Source of the DNA: Podarcis tiliguerta
Taxonomy: Eukaryota
Reading direction: 5' to 3' (one strand)
Length of the DNA: 64,000 nucleotides
Assembly: GCA_965153285.1 (NCBI GenBank)
Contig: OZ229111.1
The position numbers were made by a program, and so were the translations under genes. Below are positions 1 through 13,228 of the stretch, piece by piece. Below the pieces are notes generated by a model, which worked only from the letters and a program-made list of their open reading frames with translations, searched no databases and was not told the origin of the DNA. Position 1 is the first letter of the stretch, and the number at the start of each line of letters is the position of its first letter.

Positions 1-308
1 ATTCTGTTTTGTCCAAGATTGTCCATACTGGGAGTGGTGGTGGAGGACTCATTTGAGCTTATGGTGCTCTAGCAAAGACCTGATGAAGCTGATGGATGTA
101 GTACTACAAATCTTTAAGTGAATTAATACAAACATTTATCTCCTCCTGGTCTCCTGAAAACTTAGGTTGGTGGTGTTTCTCAGTGCAGTGCTATGCTAAT
201 TTGTCCTCTGCTATAGTTAAGAAGATAAAAAGGGGTGCTCAGGGGAAGTCAACAAGCTAACTTTTCATAGAACTGATTGTAATTTGAAATACCTGCTTTC
301 TTCCCTAG

Positions 309-393
309 GACTGGAGAGCGTAGATCACTATCCAATCCTTGTGGCTGTGACAGGAATTCTGGTCCGGCTGCTTGTTGATACTGACTTCCAAGG
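309..393 (+). CDS. RNF123: E3 ubiquitin ligase RNF123 (KPC1), internal coding exon; gene begins upstream of window
   Basis: ttccctag|...|gtaagt; encodes (G)[27 protein letters not shown](G), matching the RNF123 C-terminal region; phase 2 end joins exon at 30550. Confidence 0.93.
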
Positions 394-692
394 GTAAGTG
401 CTGCTTAATTCCACTCCATGGGGGTGAAGATTTCATTGCTTGTGTTCTAGTTTACTGTTCTGAAATGAGCAGCCTGGCAGCATTGTGTATTAGGGTAACG
501 ATGCAGTCTTTGTCTTTGCCCCCTGTTTTCATATGCTCAGTCTGGTTGCAGGATATTAAATCCCCAAATAATTTCTGTCCTGTACGTTGGTCTCTGGGTG
601 CTTTGTGCTGCGACTATAGTGTACTTGAGAGCTATTTAAAAGAAAAAAGGGGAGACATCCTGTCAATTTAAACCTTCCATTGAATTATTTAA

Positions 693-817
693 AGAGGTAG
701 CCAATGTGGTGCCCTCAAGATGTTGTTGGACTACAACTTGCATCATCCCTGGCCCTTGTTGGCTGAGGCTGATGGGAGTTGGAGTCCAACAACATCTAGA
801 GTATTGGCCACTCTCTG
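693..817. mobile_element. Palindromic MITE, related family (degenerate)
   Basis: agatgttgttggactacaac...gttggagtccaacaacatct inverted arms; relatives at ~21753, ~35508, ~43905, ~50010, ~58925. Confidence 0.7.
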
Positions 818-3800
818 GTGTAAATATTCTGGTGTGGGATACTTTGTTTGCTTTTGTTCTCTGCTTGCTTCTGTTCTCTGCTTACACCGCTATGTAGCTC
901 ATGCAAGCTATACTATATTCTGTTCCTTGGTTGTTGTATGGTGTGGGTTCATGGCAGATTCTGCTTAGGGGGTGGACCGTTGGACAAGATGATCTTTAGT
1001 TCTACTCTATTCTTACAGTAACTTTAAAGGGAGATCTGTCCTATGTCTGTATGTTTCTCTTCATCTTCTAGTAAGAACAAGCTTTGGGATTTAAATCTGG
1101 GAATGGTCCTGCCCAAAGGAAAGCAGGCCATTTCTTTTACCTTTATGCATAGGCACCACTCACATCCTGTAGCAAAAGAATACTCTTTCTACATATGCAG
1201 TTACCTTCCTAAACTGAGCAATGCTGGCAGCAGATCGTTTAGACAGATAAAACTGTAAAGACATGCTGTGTTTGGTTGTGTTAAACAGTGAATATGTCTA
1301 GCTGCAGTAGCGTATGACAGTGGAAAATAAGCCAAGTCCCAAGGGAAGGTGGCTGCTGACATGCCCCTCCAGATCTACTGCAGTGTGGCTGATGGCATTA
1401 TTGCTTTGCCTTCATTGCCCTTGTTATGGTACTCAGACAGACGTGATGGACAAGTCCCTTCCACAGCTCTCAGGACTTTTAGAGACAGTGGGTTGACACT
1501 CACTTGTCATCTGATAATCTCTTCTCCCATCCTGTTGTGTGTTTTGAAAAAACAAAACTAGCCTTTCCATTATAAATTAGGTACTGGTAGTAGCTACTCT
1601 TCTGATTTCCAACCTAGAAAAAAATCATGTCTCCTAACAGGCAGGGTACATTAGTTGAATCATGCTAAGACAGGAAGAAGTGGTTTGGCTGGCATAAGGT
1701 TTGTTCATATTTCGGCTGATTAAGTTTTGATACAATCATCTGAATGAGGTAAACAACTTCTCAAATGCAGGCAGTCAATAAATACTTTTTGCATTTAATT
1801 CCACTCTTTTTGATGTCTACTGTGGATCTTAAAGTAGCATTAAAAACAGCTTTCAGCACTTCCTCTCACCCCTCTGCCTCACTGGGGAAAGGACATGTTT
1901 TACTTCCTGACCATTCCAACTGGAGGAGGAAAATGGGACCATCAAGCTCCTGAAAAAGGTCCAGAGGGGTGTTTTAAAAAGAAGGGTGCATTCACTCCCC
2001 TGTGAAACACATGCAAATACCCGTGATGATCATGGAGAAATATGTGCATAGCCTCCTTCTAAAATGAGCCTTAATTGCATTCAGGTCTAGGGATAGGCAT
2101 TTGACAGGTCAAAAAGATTTGGCCCATTTGATCAGTCAAGACTGTATAAGGAAAAAAGATATTCCCAAGTGGGTTGATACTTACGTTAACTGCAAAAACA
2201 AGTTAGATAACTGTTAACTGTGAAAGAACGAAATTACCTTTTTAAAAGCATTGCTTTGAATTACAGCTTTTAACATTGTTACATAAGGTTTCTATAAAAG
2301 TGAATGATTTACTGAGCAGTTCTCCTCATTGGCTTTTATCCTGGAACAGCAGGGCCAGTCTGCAGTTTCATTTTTTTGTTATAAAGGAAATTAAAGCAAA
2401 AATAAAGCAAAGTAACAACTATTTAATAACAAATGGTAGTTTTAAAGGCACATGCTAGATTAGCAGGTTAGTTCTTCAAGCAGCACCAGTATCACGGCTA
2501 CTTGGAATATTTGACAATCTTTTAGATTCAAAAAATTAAATAGGCAACCAGCCATCCAGTGTGGCAACTCTATTCAGATTGCTTTTATCTTGCCTCATGT
2601 TCTAGTTTAATCCTTCTCACTGAAATGCAGTCCATATGAAACTGTTGTGTCACGTTTCAATTTCTAATTTGGCATGTCTTATTTTTTTCAAAATGTTGTC
2701 CTTGTTTTGCAGACAGCTGAGCTCCATGTGGCTAGGCATTTTAGTTCTATAAACAGGCTATTTCTGATCCTCTCCACCCCTCACCAAGGCCTTCCAGATA
2801 GACACAAATCAGCCTAATTATATCCTCCCTCCTGTGGTCAAAGCCACATAGCCCTAAATATAAATGTGCCAAGCACACCATATTAAATTTTTATTTTTTT
2901 TAATCTGGTTGTGGGAAACCCTATAGAGGCCAATCCCATCCCACCCAAATTGGGGTAACAAGCTCCCTCCGTCCCTTACCTTTATATCAGCCACAGCAGC
3001 CTCAGCAGGGATTCTGGATCTACCACAGCATCTAGTTTGCCTTCTTGCCAGATTGAACTCCTTTCATCATTGATCCTGTACACTATCTAGCTTCTACACT
3101 AGTTCCTTTACAGCCCAGCCGATATGTTGACATCCAGATGCAATCATAACCCTCCCTGTCCCTGTTTCCAAAGCCCATTTGCTTCCTGTTCTGTGGGGCA
3201 GACTAGCTGTTTCTTTTCTTTTGCGCATGTTGTCCTCATCTATAGTGCCCTCAATAACTCACTGCTTTTTGAGGAAAGGTCGTATTGCACTTTCATTGAT
3301 AGGAACAGACTAATGATGATATATTACTATTAAGCATTTTTAACATGGCATATGGGATCTACAGCAAATTCCTGGACAAGTTTCATGTTAACAGGAGTAA
3401 ATCAACAGCCTGAGGACAGAGTAGGCTGCATTTTCCAAGTGAAAACAGCACATTGCTTAATAACCTCCAACAGATATTTGTTCGTTAATTGTAGTGAAAT
3501 ATGGTCCTTTTCTCAGCAGTGATTGCAGCTCATTATAGAGGCCTCCCTTGGACTATTGTTGTATCATATAACTTCTAAATTGTTTCTGAGGCATGAACAG
3601 TGGATGGGAATGGGGCTAATTACCGTCTCTGTGATCTGTAGCTTCTTGATGCTGCCGGCTTTCATTGAAGAGGGATCGGGTTTTGTTCTGTTGGAAGGCT
3701 ATGGAGGGAGCATGAATCTAGGGTCTTTATCTCTTAACACTGTGACTTGAGCAATAGTATTTTCATAGCTGTAATTGCTATGAAATCATAATGGAGATGT

Positions 3801-4657
3801 TTTTGCAGAAATGCATGGGTGAATCAAGAGTTTTCAAGGGCCTAGGGCAATTAACAGAGTCTATGACAGGGATGGCTGACCTCCAGCTGCAAATTTTTCA
3901 GACCTCCCAAGCCCCCAGCAATTTTAGCAGTGACAGGAAAAAGCAAGAAAAAAGCATGATGCTGGGCTTTAAACCTCTTCTTCCAGTTTAGCAATCTCCT
4001 GTTGATGCAAATTATCCCTCCCTCATCTGATTTGCAAAGATCATCTGAAGAGGGGAGACTGTGTGTCCTGTGCATGTGTGCATGGCCAAGGGTGGATGTG
4101 GCTCTATGGCCAAAAAACGGGTTCTGTATTCCTGGCCTAGGGAGATATACATAAATAAGATGGTAACAGTGGGGGAAGGACAGGATTTGGAATCCTTGGC
4201 AGACCTATGGAACAGCTTGTCAGGTATCTCCTGATCAGGAACTTCCATCACACCAATTGATTACTTACATTACTTTCTCTTCAGTTTACTTGCTGTAGAT
4301 ACCCCAGGTAGAAATCCTCATAGCAGACCTGTACCTGCCATGCACTAATGATGCATTTGGTTAGAAGCCCCATTGATGCTTACCTATAAAATGGCAGCCA
4401 TTCTTCTGCAATGCCAGGCATAGTGCCAACTAGTTGCTTTTCTATGGAAGGCTGAGCTGCTTTGGTTTTGATGGAAAAGGTCTGGGTGCCTTTAAGAACT
4501 CCAGTTGCTGACTTACAGTCAGACCAGAAGGGGGCATTGTGAACATTTAGTTGAAAATGGATATCATTTAGCAGCCCCAGAGTATTAGGTTGAACTACAG
4601 CATACATTGTGCTCTTTAACAAACTTGCCCTAAAGATTGTTAAAGGTTCTTCTACAC

Positions 4658-4793
4658 CAGGGTTTACCAAACTTTGGTCCCCAGCTGTTTTTGAACTACA
4701 ACTCACATCATCCCTAGCTAGCAGAACCAGTGGTTGGGGATGATAGGAATTGTAGTCCAAAAACAGCTGGAAACCCAAGTTTGGGAAACCTTG
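4658..4793. mobile_element. 136-bp palindromic hAT-like MITE
   Basis: Whole element is an inverted repeat (CAGGGTTT.CCAAACTT ... AAGTTTGGGAAACC.TG); 8-bp TSD ttctacac/atctacac. Confidence 0.85.
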
Positions 4794-6399
4794 ATCTACA
4801 CTACAGAATGAAACTGCTTTAAGCCAGTTTAACTGTCATGGTACTGATTTCCTTCCAGTGAAGTCTGATAATTGCCATTTATTTGATAATTATTTTGGAA
4901 TCTATTCTGGAGGTATGTGTGCCAGAATGAGATGTGGTATTCTGGATGCTCTTGTTTCTATACAAATGTGTTAACCACTTCTAGACATCACTTTTTCAAG
5001 ATTGGTAGATGGAGAACAAGAAGGCACACTGGGAGAGACCTTAGGCCAGGGGTGTGAGCAATCAGTGGCTCACCAAACTCTTCGGGTGCTTGGGAGGCAT
5101 TTAATTTATTAGAATGCTTGTTTAACTGGGGCTGGCTGGAAAACTGGGCTGGTGACAATTACTTGCCATCCTTTTCAATGAGCTCAGTTATATTACTATA
5201 AATTCCTATGATTTCCAGACCATGACAACTATACTGAAAGGCCTTAATAACATCTAAAGCAGGCATACAGAATTGAGAAGTGGGGATCTCCCATGTAGGG
5301 GTTTGCAAAGGGGATCCCCGAGTCTTGGTGTGGCTTATTACACAACCATAACTTGTGGTTGCCACTGATAATTCCATTCAGGGTGGTTCTCCTCACTTGC
5401 CACCTTCCTTCAGAAGCCTAGCAAGAAGGGAGAGAAGTTGCTCCAACTTTTGTCCCTTGAGTTGTCCTTGGAAGAAGGAAGGGTACTGCTTCTCTCATGC
5501 TGGGCTTTTGCAGGAAGCACCAGTAGCACCTCACTACTGCTACCTCCTGCAAAAACCCAGCAGGAATAGGATTTTTGTTCTGGGCATGTAGTATAGGGTG
5601 AGAGGGAATGTCCTCTCATGAGTGGACCTATAGAACCCTGGTTAGAAATACATAATGACCTGGCATTCAAAGAGCTGCTTTAGGCATGCCCTAAGGCCTG
5701 AGCCATGCATGCCTAATAGGAGTTTTGATTCCTCCCTAACCTCCACCATAACCCTAACCCTAACCTCCACCTCCACTTCCACTAGGCAATAGACCACAAT
5801 ACAAAGCATAGCCTTTGCTTGGAGAATCAGTTTCTTTTGACCTGCTTGTGCTAACATTGAAGAGAGTCCCATGGGTCCTCATTTGAGCCTTGGATAAGGG
5901 CTATGGAAACTGGCACCCTCCACATGCCTCATTCTCTGCATCTTGAGTTGCACTTGACAGATGTTCTGTCCCACTGGCAGATTGTCCTTTCGGAAAAAAA
6001 ACACACACAGCTAATATGTCAGCATGATAGTCTTAGGCAGGGATGTGAGTGTGCATCCTAGCAATTTGCTGGTTGCCATGGCTGTGATCAGTCACCAGCT
6101 ATTGAGTTCTTGTCTTAACTGGCCTGTGCTGTTGTCAGCACATACCCCAGTGTGATTACAAAGCTGCAGGAGCAATGTAATGCATCCTGAGATGGGCATC
6201 ACATGGCTCCCATTTCAGTTCATATATCTAAAGTTGGGGGGAAGTGTTGCTGTTGGACAGATGGCAATAATCATTAGGCTTTCCCAATTTAATTAGGAAT
6301 GTTCAGCAGTGGGTGGGAATTGTAAATTATACGAGGAGAAGAGCTTCGTTATGGGAAGAAGGTAGGGTGTGAGCTGCTTTCTGCAATTAAAAGGGCAAG

Positions 6400-6778
6400 G
6401 AATCATAGAATTGTAGAGTTGGGAGGGACCTGAAGGCTCACCTCGTCCAACCCCCTGCAATGCAGGAATCTCAGCTAAAGCATCTATGACAGACGGCCAT
6501 CCAATCTCTGCTTAAAAGCCTCCATTGAAGGAGAGTCCACAGCCTTATGAGGGAGACCATTCCAATGTTGAACATCTCTTACTGCCAGAAAGTTCTTCCT
6601 GATGTTTAGTCGAAATCTCCTTTCATGTAACTTGAAGCCATTGGTTCGAGTCCTACATTTCAGAGCAGGAGAAAATAAGCTTGCTCCATCTACCGTGTGA
6701 CAGCCCCTCCGATATTTGAAGATGGTTATCATATCTCCTCTCAGTGTCCTTTTTCCCCAGACTAAACATTCCCAGCTA
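6400..6778 (-). mobile_element. CR1 LINE 3' fragment
   Basis: Minus ORF ...LRGDMITIFKY...RTRTNGFKL...RFRLNIRKNFL...WNGLP...FKQRLD is the CR1 ORF2 C-terminus; attctatgatt-type tail. Confidence 0.9.
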
Positions 6779-7424
6779 AACATAATCCTCCCAAATGAAG
6801 CACCTATGATGAGCTCTTATATTTTGAAGAACAAAGGAAAGTAATCTTCGTATTTTGACTTTGTGTGCCATTCATAGTTATTACTCTGAAAACATCTGAA
6901 ATGTTCTCTGAATAAATATGTATTCATAAGCTGTACCTTTCTGAGAACATCAGACACTTTAGCCTATGGCTAAAAATATGGAGGAAAATGGCTCAACTGC
7001 AAAGCTCACATTTGTGCACAGTGTGATTAGTTCTAAACTGGTAATCTGTTTGGCTTTTTCTTCCTAAGTTTGTGCATAGGAGACCCTTTAGCCCTTTTAA
7101 TATCTGACTATATTATTTATAAAAATATTTGCTTTCTGCTATTCATAAAAAATATCAGTGTTCTGAATCAATGCTTAGACGTTCTCTGCACTGTCACTGG
7201 CTTGAGAAGAGGAGTCCAGAAATTCCATTCACTGCATATCTTCAGTGTATATTAACATTTATTGACAAAGAGTACATTTTCCTGGGCCTTTGGCTAATTA
7301 AGCAATTTATGGCCTTTTAAACTGTGTGGGGTTATTGTTTTTGTTTGTTGTTATGATATTGTGGTATGTATGTTTGTGTTTTTATATTGTAAACCTCCCT
7401 GTGATATTCGGATGAAGGTGTAGA

Positions 7425-7454
7425 AATAATAATAATAATAATAATAATAATAAT
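7425..7454. repeat. (AAT)n microsatellite at a retroelement tail
   Basis: Direct reading. Confidence 0.9.
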
Positions 7455-10400
7455 TTGGTGTTATGATTATTTGTGGTAATAGATACATACAAGGATTACA
7501 GTTTGTGAGAAGCATTGACTCCTCAGTGCCAAAGGCAGCCCCACATATCACAATGACATTAATCCAGTTTGGAGGTGACCAGCAGATGTATCAATGTGGC
7601 CTGACTGTCTGTAACCTGGGAAATGCCACAACTGATGAACCAAATTAAACTGCTAAAAGGTGTTCAGGGCCACATTTGCCCTTATTGGCAATGTTGGATC
7701 AAGGAAAACCCCTAAGCTATATACTTGCTTCTTTAGAGGGAGTGTAACCTCACCTGGAACAGGTAATACACCAAATTTCCTGGACCCAGGGACTGTCAAT
7801 CCATAGTTCTGCCATCTGGTCAAGATTCGGCTTCAGTTTATAGGCCCCCATCCAAGCCATTACTAGGTGCAGACACCAGTTCTGCATCTCTACAGCCTTG
7901 AGAGTAGTTCTTGAACTGAGTGCTCAGGGTTAATTGGTTCTAAAAGGGTGCTCTAGAATTACTGGATAGTGAGGTCTACTCAGGGGGCAGGATGGGGCAG
8001 GGTTTCATTTAGTACATAAATGTCAAATGAAGAGCTTGTTTTAACTTGCTTAACATGCTGGGTTGGGGGAGTGAAGCTTATAGAACTTTGAGAAATGGGA
8101 AATTCCAGTTTCAGGGGAAATCAGGAAAAGCAGAACACATCAATGTAAATGTTGGTAGTCGGGGACCTTCAGCCTCTTTCTACTCTTATAATTAGGCTTT
8201 TAAAGCTAGTCAGCTTCCAGCATTGTAGCATATAGTCTCTGTGCATGGGCTGTTCCTCCTGATAAGAACGAGGGTGCCCTTTTTGTCCTGGAGTGATCCT
8301 GTGATCAGAGAAGCTTAGTTTCTCTCCTGGGGCTGGGGATTAACAAATGTTTGCAAAAACCTTTGAAGATTCAAAGTGTTCAGAACACTAATTAATTACA
8401 ATCTCATTTCATTAATCTGGCATTTGGTAGTTCTCCTTTGCCTCACACCTGGTGAAATTAATCACTCCCTTTGTAGACATGTCAGATGCACAATTCAGTC
8501 AAAGAGCAACTTGGTAGAGCAGGACTGATCCGTTATATGGATTTGTCTGTCTGGGCGACTAAGTGCTGTTAATGTGGGTCAGCCATCACTTAACTCTGGT
8601 GATGGCTAATCAATAGATGGCTAATCAATAGATTAGCCATCACGTGATGGCTAATCAATAGAGTATCACTAACAGGGGTCTATACAGTAGCAGATGACAT
8701 GGTGGTGCTCACATAACCTTGTTTGTGTCACTGTTCCTTACTAAGAGGTAGAGGGAAAGGAGAAGGCAATGGCGAGGTTGGCACGGTTCAAACTCAGAGT
8801 TATCTGGTGCTCCTGCCTGGTGCATTTGCACCATACCTCACTGTCACCTCACCCCTCCATCTCCCAGTAAGCAGCCGTGACACAGCCAAATGGAGGTCAG
8901 GTAAGTGCTGCTACCCCACGGTCCACTACTGGGTCTGTATGAGGAGCCGCAGTGTAAATTGCCCTGTACTGCTAAAATGACATACCAGCCACTGATTATA
9001 AATGGGGTTTGGTGCAGCCAGATGCCTTTTGCTTATAAGGTATTAACAGAAGAGCTGGTTCAGAACCTGCCTTTTCTAACTGTACATCCTGGGCATGAGA
9101 GAGACTGGCTATCTGACTGGAGTGCAGATTGTGCTGCCATGCTGCCATTCAGCTGGCAGGTTTTGTCTTTCCCCCATAAGTTTGACAGAAATTCAGGAAT
9201 TGCAAGAGTGACTCTTGGCCAAAGGCATAGGGTGGTATTCAAAGTAGTGCTGAAGTGATTGCTCCATTAGTGCAAGCATTTCAGCTTCCCTGATATAACG
9301 GATCTCCCCCTCTTCTCCTTCTGTGCCCTGTTCTGGGGGTCTCCCAACTGCCCTGCCAAGCCAATTTATGGGGGGCATGGGTGGAGGAGAGTGGGGGCAG
9401 TCCCCATTGCTCTAGCAGGACTCATTGTGCTAGCACCTGCAACTAGAGCAACTAGTTGTTTAATATTGTGTTTTAATTGTTGTAACATTTATTACTATTA
9501 TTATTAATATTATTACTATTACTACTATTATTTGGTTGTTTCTGGTCCATGATGTCACTGTCCAATTTCCATAGTCTGATTCATGTCCTTGGCTGAAGTA
9601 GAGTTATTTCCTCTTCTGTTGTGGCTTACTAAATATGGAGCATTAGTAGGAAATGGAACCATCAGCTCTCATTCTTTAGGAATAATCTCTCTACAAAACA
9701 ACCACTTTTGTGCTGAGTAGAGGTGGGGGCCGGGGCAGAATGACTCAACAACTTCTGGCTTTCTCTTGGTAAAACGTAAGTGTTTTATGCTGGCCCATTA
9801 GCTTGATGTATAGGCAGTTTAGAAACACCAAACTTGGCAGCAGTGTGAGTTCTCGATTGCTGTTGTGTTTGCTAAGAGACGGCGTAGTCCATTCCCAAGG
9901 GGCATTCATTAAGCTTTCAAAGTCCTGCTTGTAAGAGAAGCTGGATTTTTACTAAGGCAACCCCAATTTTTAATGATGGATTTCTGTGTTTTTAAGCCTC
10001 TTGAACTCTGAAAAATTGTCTCTTAAGTGCAGCTGCTGTTAACGAGGCTACCTAGGTGGTTGTAGCAAAACAGCTGATTTTATTGATGCAAAAGGTTTCT
10101 TTCAATCTGCCAAGCTTGGCTATTTCACTCCATGTTATGTGTTTTTCTTCGGATGCCCTTATATTGCTTTCTTCTGCTCCTTGCTGGCTTCCCCCTGGCT
10201 TAATTTTGGCCACTGTAAGAACAGCAGCCTAAAGGGAAAATTTAAACTAAACTGTGGAGAGCTTGGTGGCAGACATTTGTGTACTGTGCTGTTTTATCCA
10301 AAGGGCTCAGAGCAGGTGATGGTATGTGCTTAATTTTGTACTGTCACAGGGTGAGTTCACACATTCAGCACTGTGGTTAATGATAAGACAAAGGTGCCCT

Positions 10401-10539
10401 CCTGTGGTGAAAGAAGGGTATAAACCAGGGGTTTCAGGAACTAAAAAAATTGATTTTACCACATGGGGGCGCTTTTATACACACCTTAAGAAGAATGGTG
10501 CGCAATGATTATGTAAGTTAATTTTGGACTATTAGGGAT

Positions 10540-10713
10540 GGTAAAAGGTAAAGGACCCCTGGACGGTTAAGTCCAGTGAAAGGCAACTATGGGGTGCGTC
10601 ACTCATCTCGCTTCAGGTCGAGATGGCTGATGTTTGTCCACAGACAGCTTTCCGGGTCATGCGGCCAACATGACTAAACTGCTTCTGGCACAACGGGACA
10701 TTATGACGAGTGC
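10540..10713 (-). mobile_element. Sauria SINE, 5'-truncated
   Basis: ggtaaaaggtaaaggacccct tail and ccgggtcatgcggccaacatgactaaac body. Confidence 0.85.
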
Positions 10714-10934
10714 CACCTAGGTACTCATTGTTGTAAATGTCCGCTACTGCTCTCCATGGAGCAAATGAGGCAGCATTGGGGCTCTTCTTTTAAAATGTGA
10801 GGTTAGCTTAACATCTGTTCCAGAAAAAAAGGAAAGCATTGTTAAAGACAGAGTAATCAAGAATATACCAGAAGTAAGTCTTGCTGAAGCAGAACCGGTG
10901 TGGTTTCTGCAAGTGTAAGTTTTCTCTCATTTGC

Positions 10935-12123
10935 CTGTTAGAGTTTTTTGAGAGTATCAACAAGCACTTAGATAGAAGTGATCCATTTGACATTATGTAT
11001 TTGGGCTTTCAAAATGCTTTTGACAAAGTATCTCACTAAAGACTTCTGAGTAAGCTTAGAAGTCATGGAATAAGAGGAGAGGTTCTTTTGTGGATGAGGT
11101 TAAGAAAAAGGAAGCAGAGAGTAGGAATAAATGTAAAGTTCTACCAATGGAAGGTAGTAGAAAGTAGAGTCCCCCCAAAAATGGTTTTGGGATGTGCTAG
11201 TTTAACTTGTTCATGGATGATCTAGAGCAGGGTTTCCCAAACTTGGATCTCCAGCTGTTTTTGGACTACATTTCCCATCATCCCTGACCACTGGTCCTGC
11301 TAGCTAGGGATGATGGGAGTTGTAGTCCAGCAACAGCTGGAGACACAAGTTTGGGAAACCGTGATCTAGAGTTGGGGTTGAATAGTGACGTAGTCAAGTT
11401 TGCTGATACCACATTTTTCAGGGTGGTTAAAACCAAATGGGATTGTGAGAAGCTCCAGAAAGATCCATCTAAACTGGGTAGTAAAATGGCAGTGAAGTGA
11501 ATGGGCAGTAAAATGGCAGCGGTAGTGGTAGTCACTAGTGGACTGACCAGGAGTAAGACCTGGGCTCATAGCGGTTAACTCTGATGAAGACAGCATGGTA
11601 GCAGTCATTAGCAAAGGGATTGAAAATAAAACTGCCAATATCATAATACCATTATCCAGATCTGCGATGTGATTACACTTAAAATACTGTGTATAGTTCT
11701 GGTTGCCTCACCTCAAAAGGATACTGTAGAGCTGAAAAAGTTCAGAAAAGGGCAAGCAAAATGACCAAGAGGGTGGAATAGCTCCTGTGTGAGGAAAGGT
11801 CACAACATTTGGGGCATTTTAGTTTAGACAGGAGACAAGTAAGAGGTGACCTGATAGAGGTGTTATAAAATTATGCATTGTTTGGAGAAAGTGAAGAGAG
11901 AGAGGGTTTTGTCCCTCATAATACTATCCCTCCAATTCAGGCCATCCAATGAAGCTAAATTTTGGAAGAGTCAGGATAGACAAAAGAAAGCGCTTATTCA
12001 CTTCTCACACAGTGCCGAGTTGCACACAATAGCTAGTGATTGCTATCAAGAGTAAGGAGAGGATGTTGGACTAGATAGGCCTAGCCTGATCCAGCAGGGA
12101 TGTCCATATGTTGATGTTCTTAG
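10935..12123 (+). mobile_element. Degenerate CR1 LINE (RT region to 3' end), interrupted by a MITE
   Basis: Decayed RT motifs (FQ.AFDKV.H..LLSKL..HGIRG, KFAD) and ggactagat...gatccagcaggg 3' end. Confidence 0.85.
11228..11363. mobile_element. 136-bp palindromic hAT-like MITE inserted in a CR1 fragment
   Basis: Same family as 4658; perfect 8-bp TSD ATCTAGAG at 11220 and 11364. Confidence 0.9.
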
Positions 12124-12854
12124 TAGGTCAAAGCTGGGAAGGTTTAGCAACACCCTTTTCTGGTCAGAAGGCATCAAAGGCATTGAGATTGGGTGTCTTT
12201 AGGCAATGCACAGATGGTGGAATGCACTCATAGATGCACTTATGCTTTCATTTGCCTTTTTAGATTGAAAACAAACCTCATTGCTGGGTGTCTTAAATTG
12301 AAGATTAATTCAGATGGGAATGAAGCATGTGCTTTCAGAAACTTTGGGTTGCTTTTAATGATGAGGGAAACTGCTCTGGAAAGCGAAAAATAACCAGTCA
12401 TTAACAAAACCAGAAACTTTTGCCTCCAAACCACGCTTTGCTGGGGCAAGGGGTTACATGCCCTTACTAAGGCTCATTCAGATGGTGCCAAACTGGGTTC
12501 TAGCATGATCTCTGAACTTTGCCTCTGAGTAATTGGCCATCTTCTTAGCTATAAGATTGTTTTCCCATTGAAGAAATGTGTAGAAGCGAGCATGTGGATA
12601 GTATTTCATGCTCTCTCATGCTTTTTTAATGGGTGTAGAGTGGGCACAGTCACTTAGAATGGAACTGTTCTTCTACTTCCCAGTTGGTATGTAGCTCGAA
12701 GGCCACTTTGTGGAGAAACAGGGGTTTTGACTTGTTTGCAGATGTCCGGTTCTTCCTAGTGGACATAAGATAGTCTGTCCTACCTTCTTCATTCTGTAGG
12801 AATGTGAGAAGCTGCCTTATGCCGCTTCAGAATATTCCATGTAGCTGTGTGCAC

Positions 12855-13228
12855 CAGGGCTATAGAACGTCCGATTCAGAGGCCAAATAATGACCCTCCA
12901 GACCTCTCTAATGAGGCTTTGAGACCCTACCCAGCACATACCCCTTCCACAGGTCACACATCACATCAGCCCTGCTCCACACCCTCCTCACATGCTTTTG
13001 CTTGTTCCTGAACTGACGTAGTGCCTTTTGGATGCCTGGATGGAGAGATGTGTTCATGGGAGTGTGTAAAGAAACTTCTAACCGTCTGGAGCCTACTGTA
13101 CAAAGGTAGGGCTCATGCCTGTTGCTCATCCCCATTTTTGCCTTTGGCACACCCACCAGTGGCATTAGGCACCCATAAGGTTGTCCATGACGGATTGTGG
13201 TCCTTGGGCTCAGAAAAGGTCATGACCC
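12855..13228. mobile_element. Old hAT-like element nested in an antisense tRNA-derived SINE (~12795-13360)
   Basis: CAGGG ... CCCCTG termini with degenerate TSD gtgtgcac/gtctacac; flanks resemble the SINE at ~54800-54955. Confidence 0.5.

Noticed and set aside
4380-4778. 132-aa ORF, and similar ORFs at 706, 21723 and 21741
   Set aside because: Built partly from palindromic MITE sequence (recurrent LDYNS...PLVLLA translations)
8581-8662. Repeat cluster considered as CRISPR-like
   Set aside because: Eukaryotic intron, no unique spacers, no cas genes
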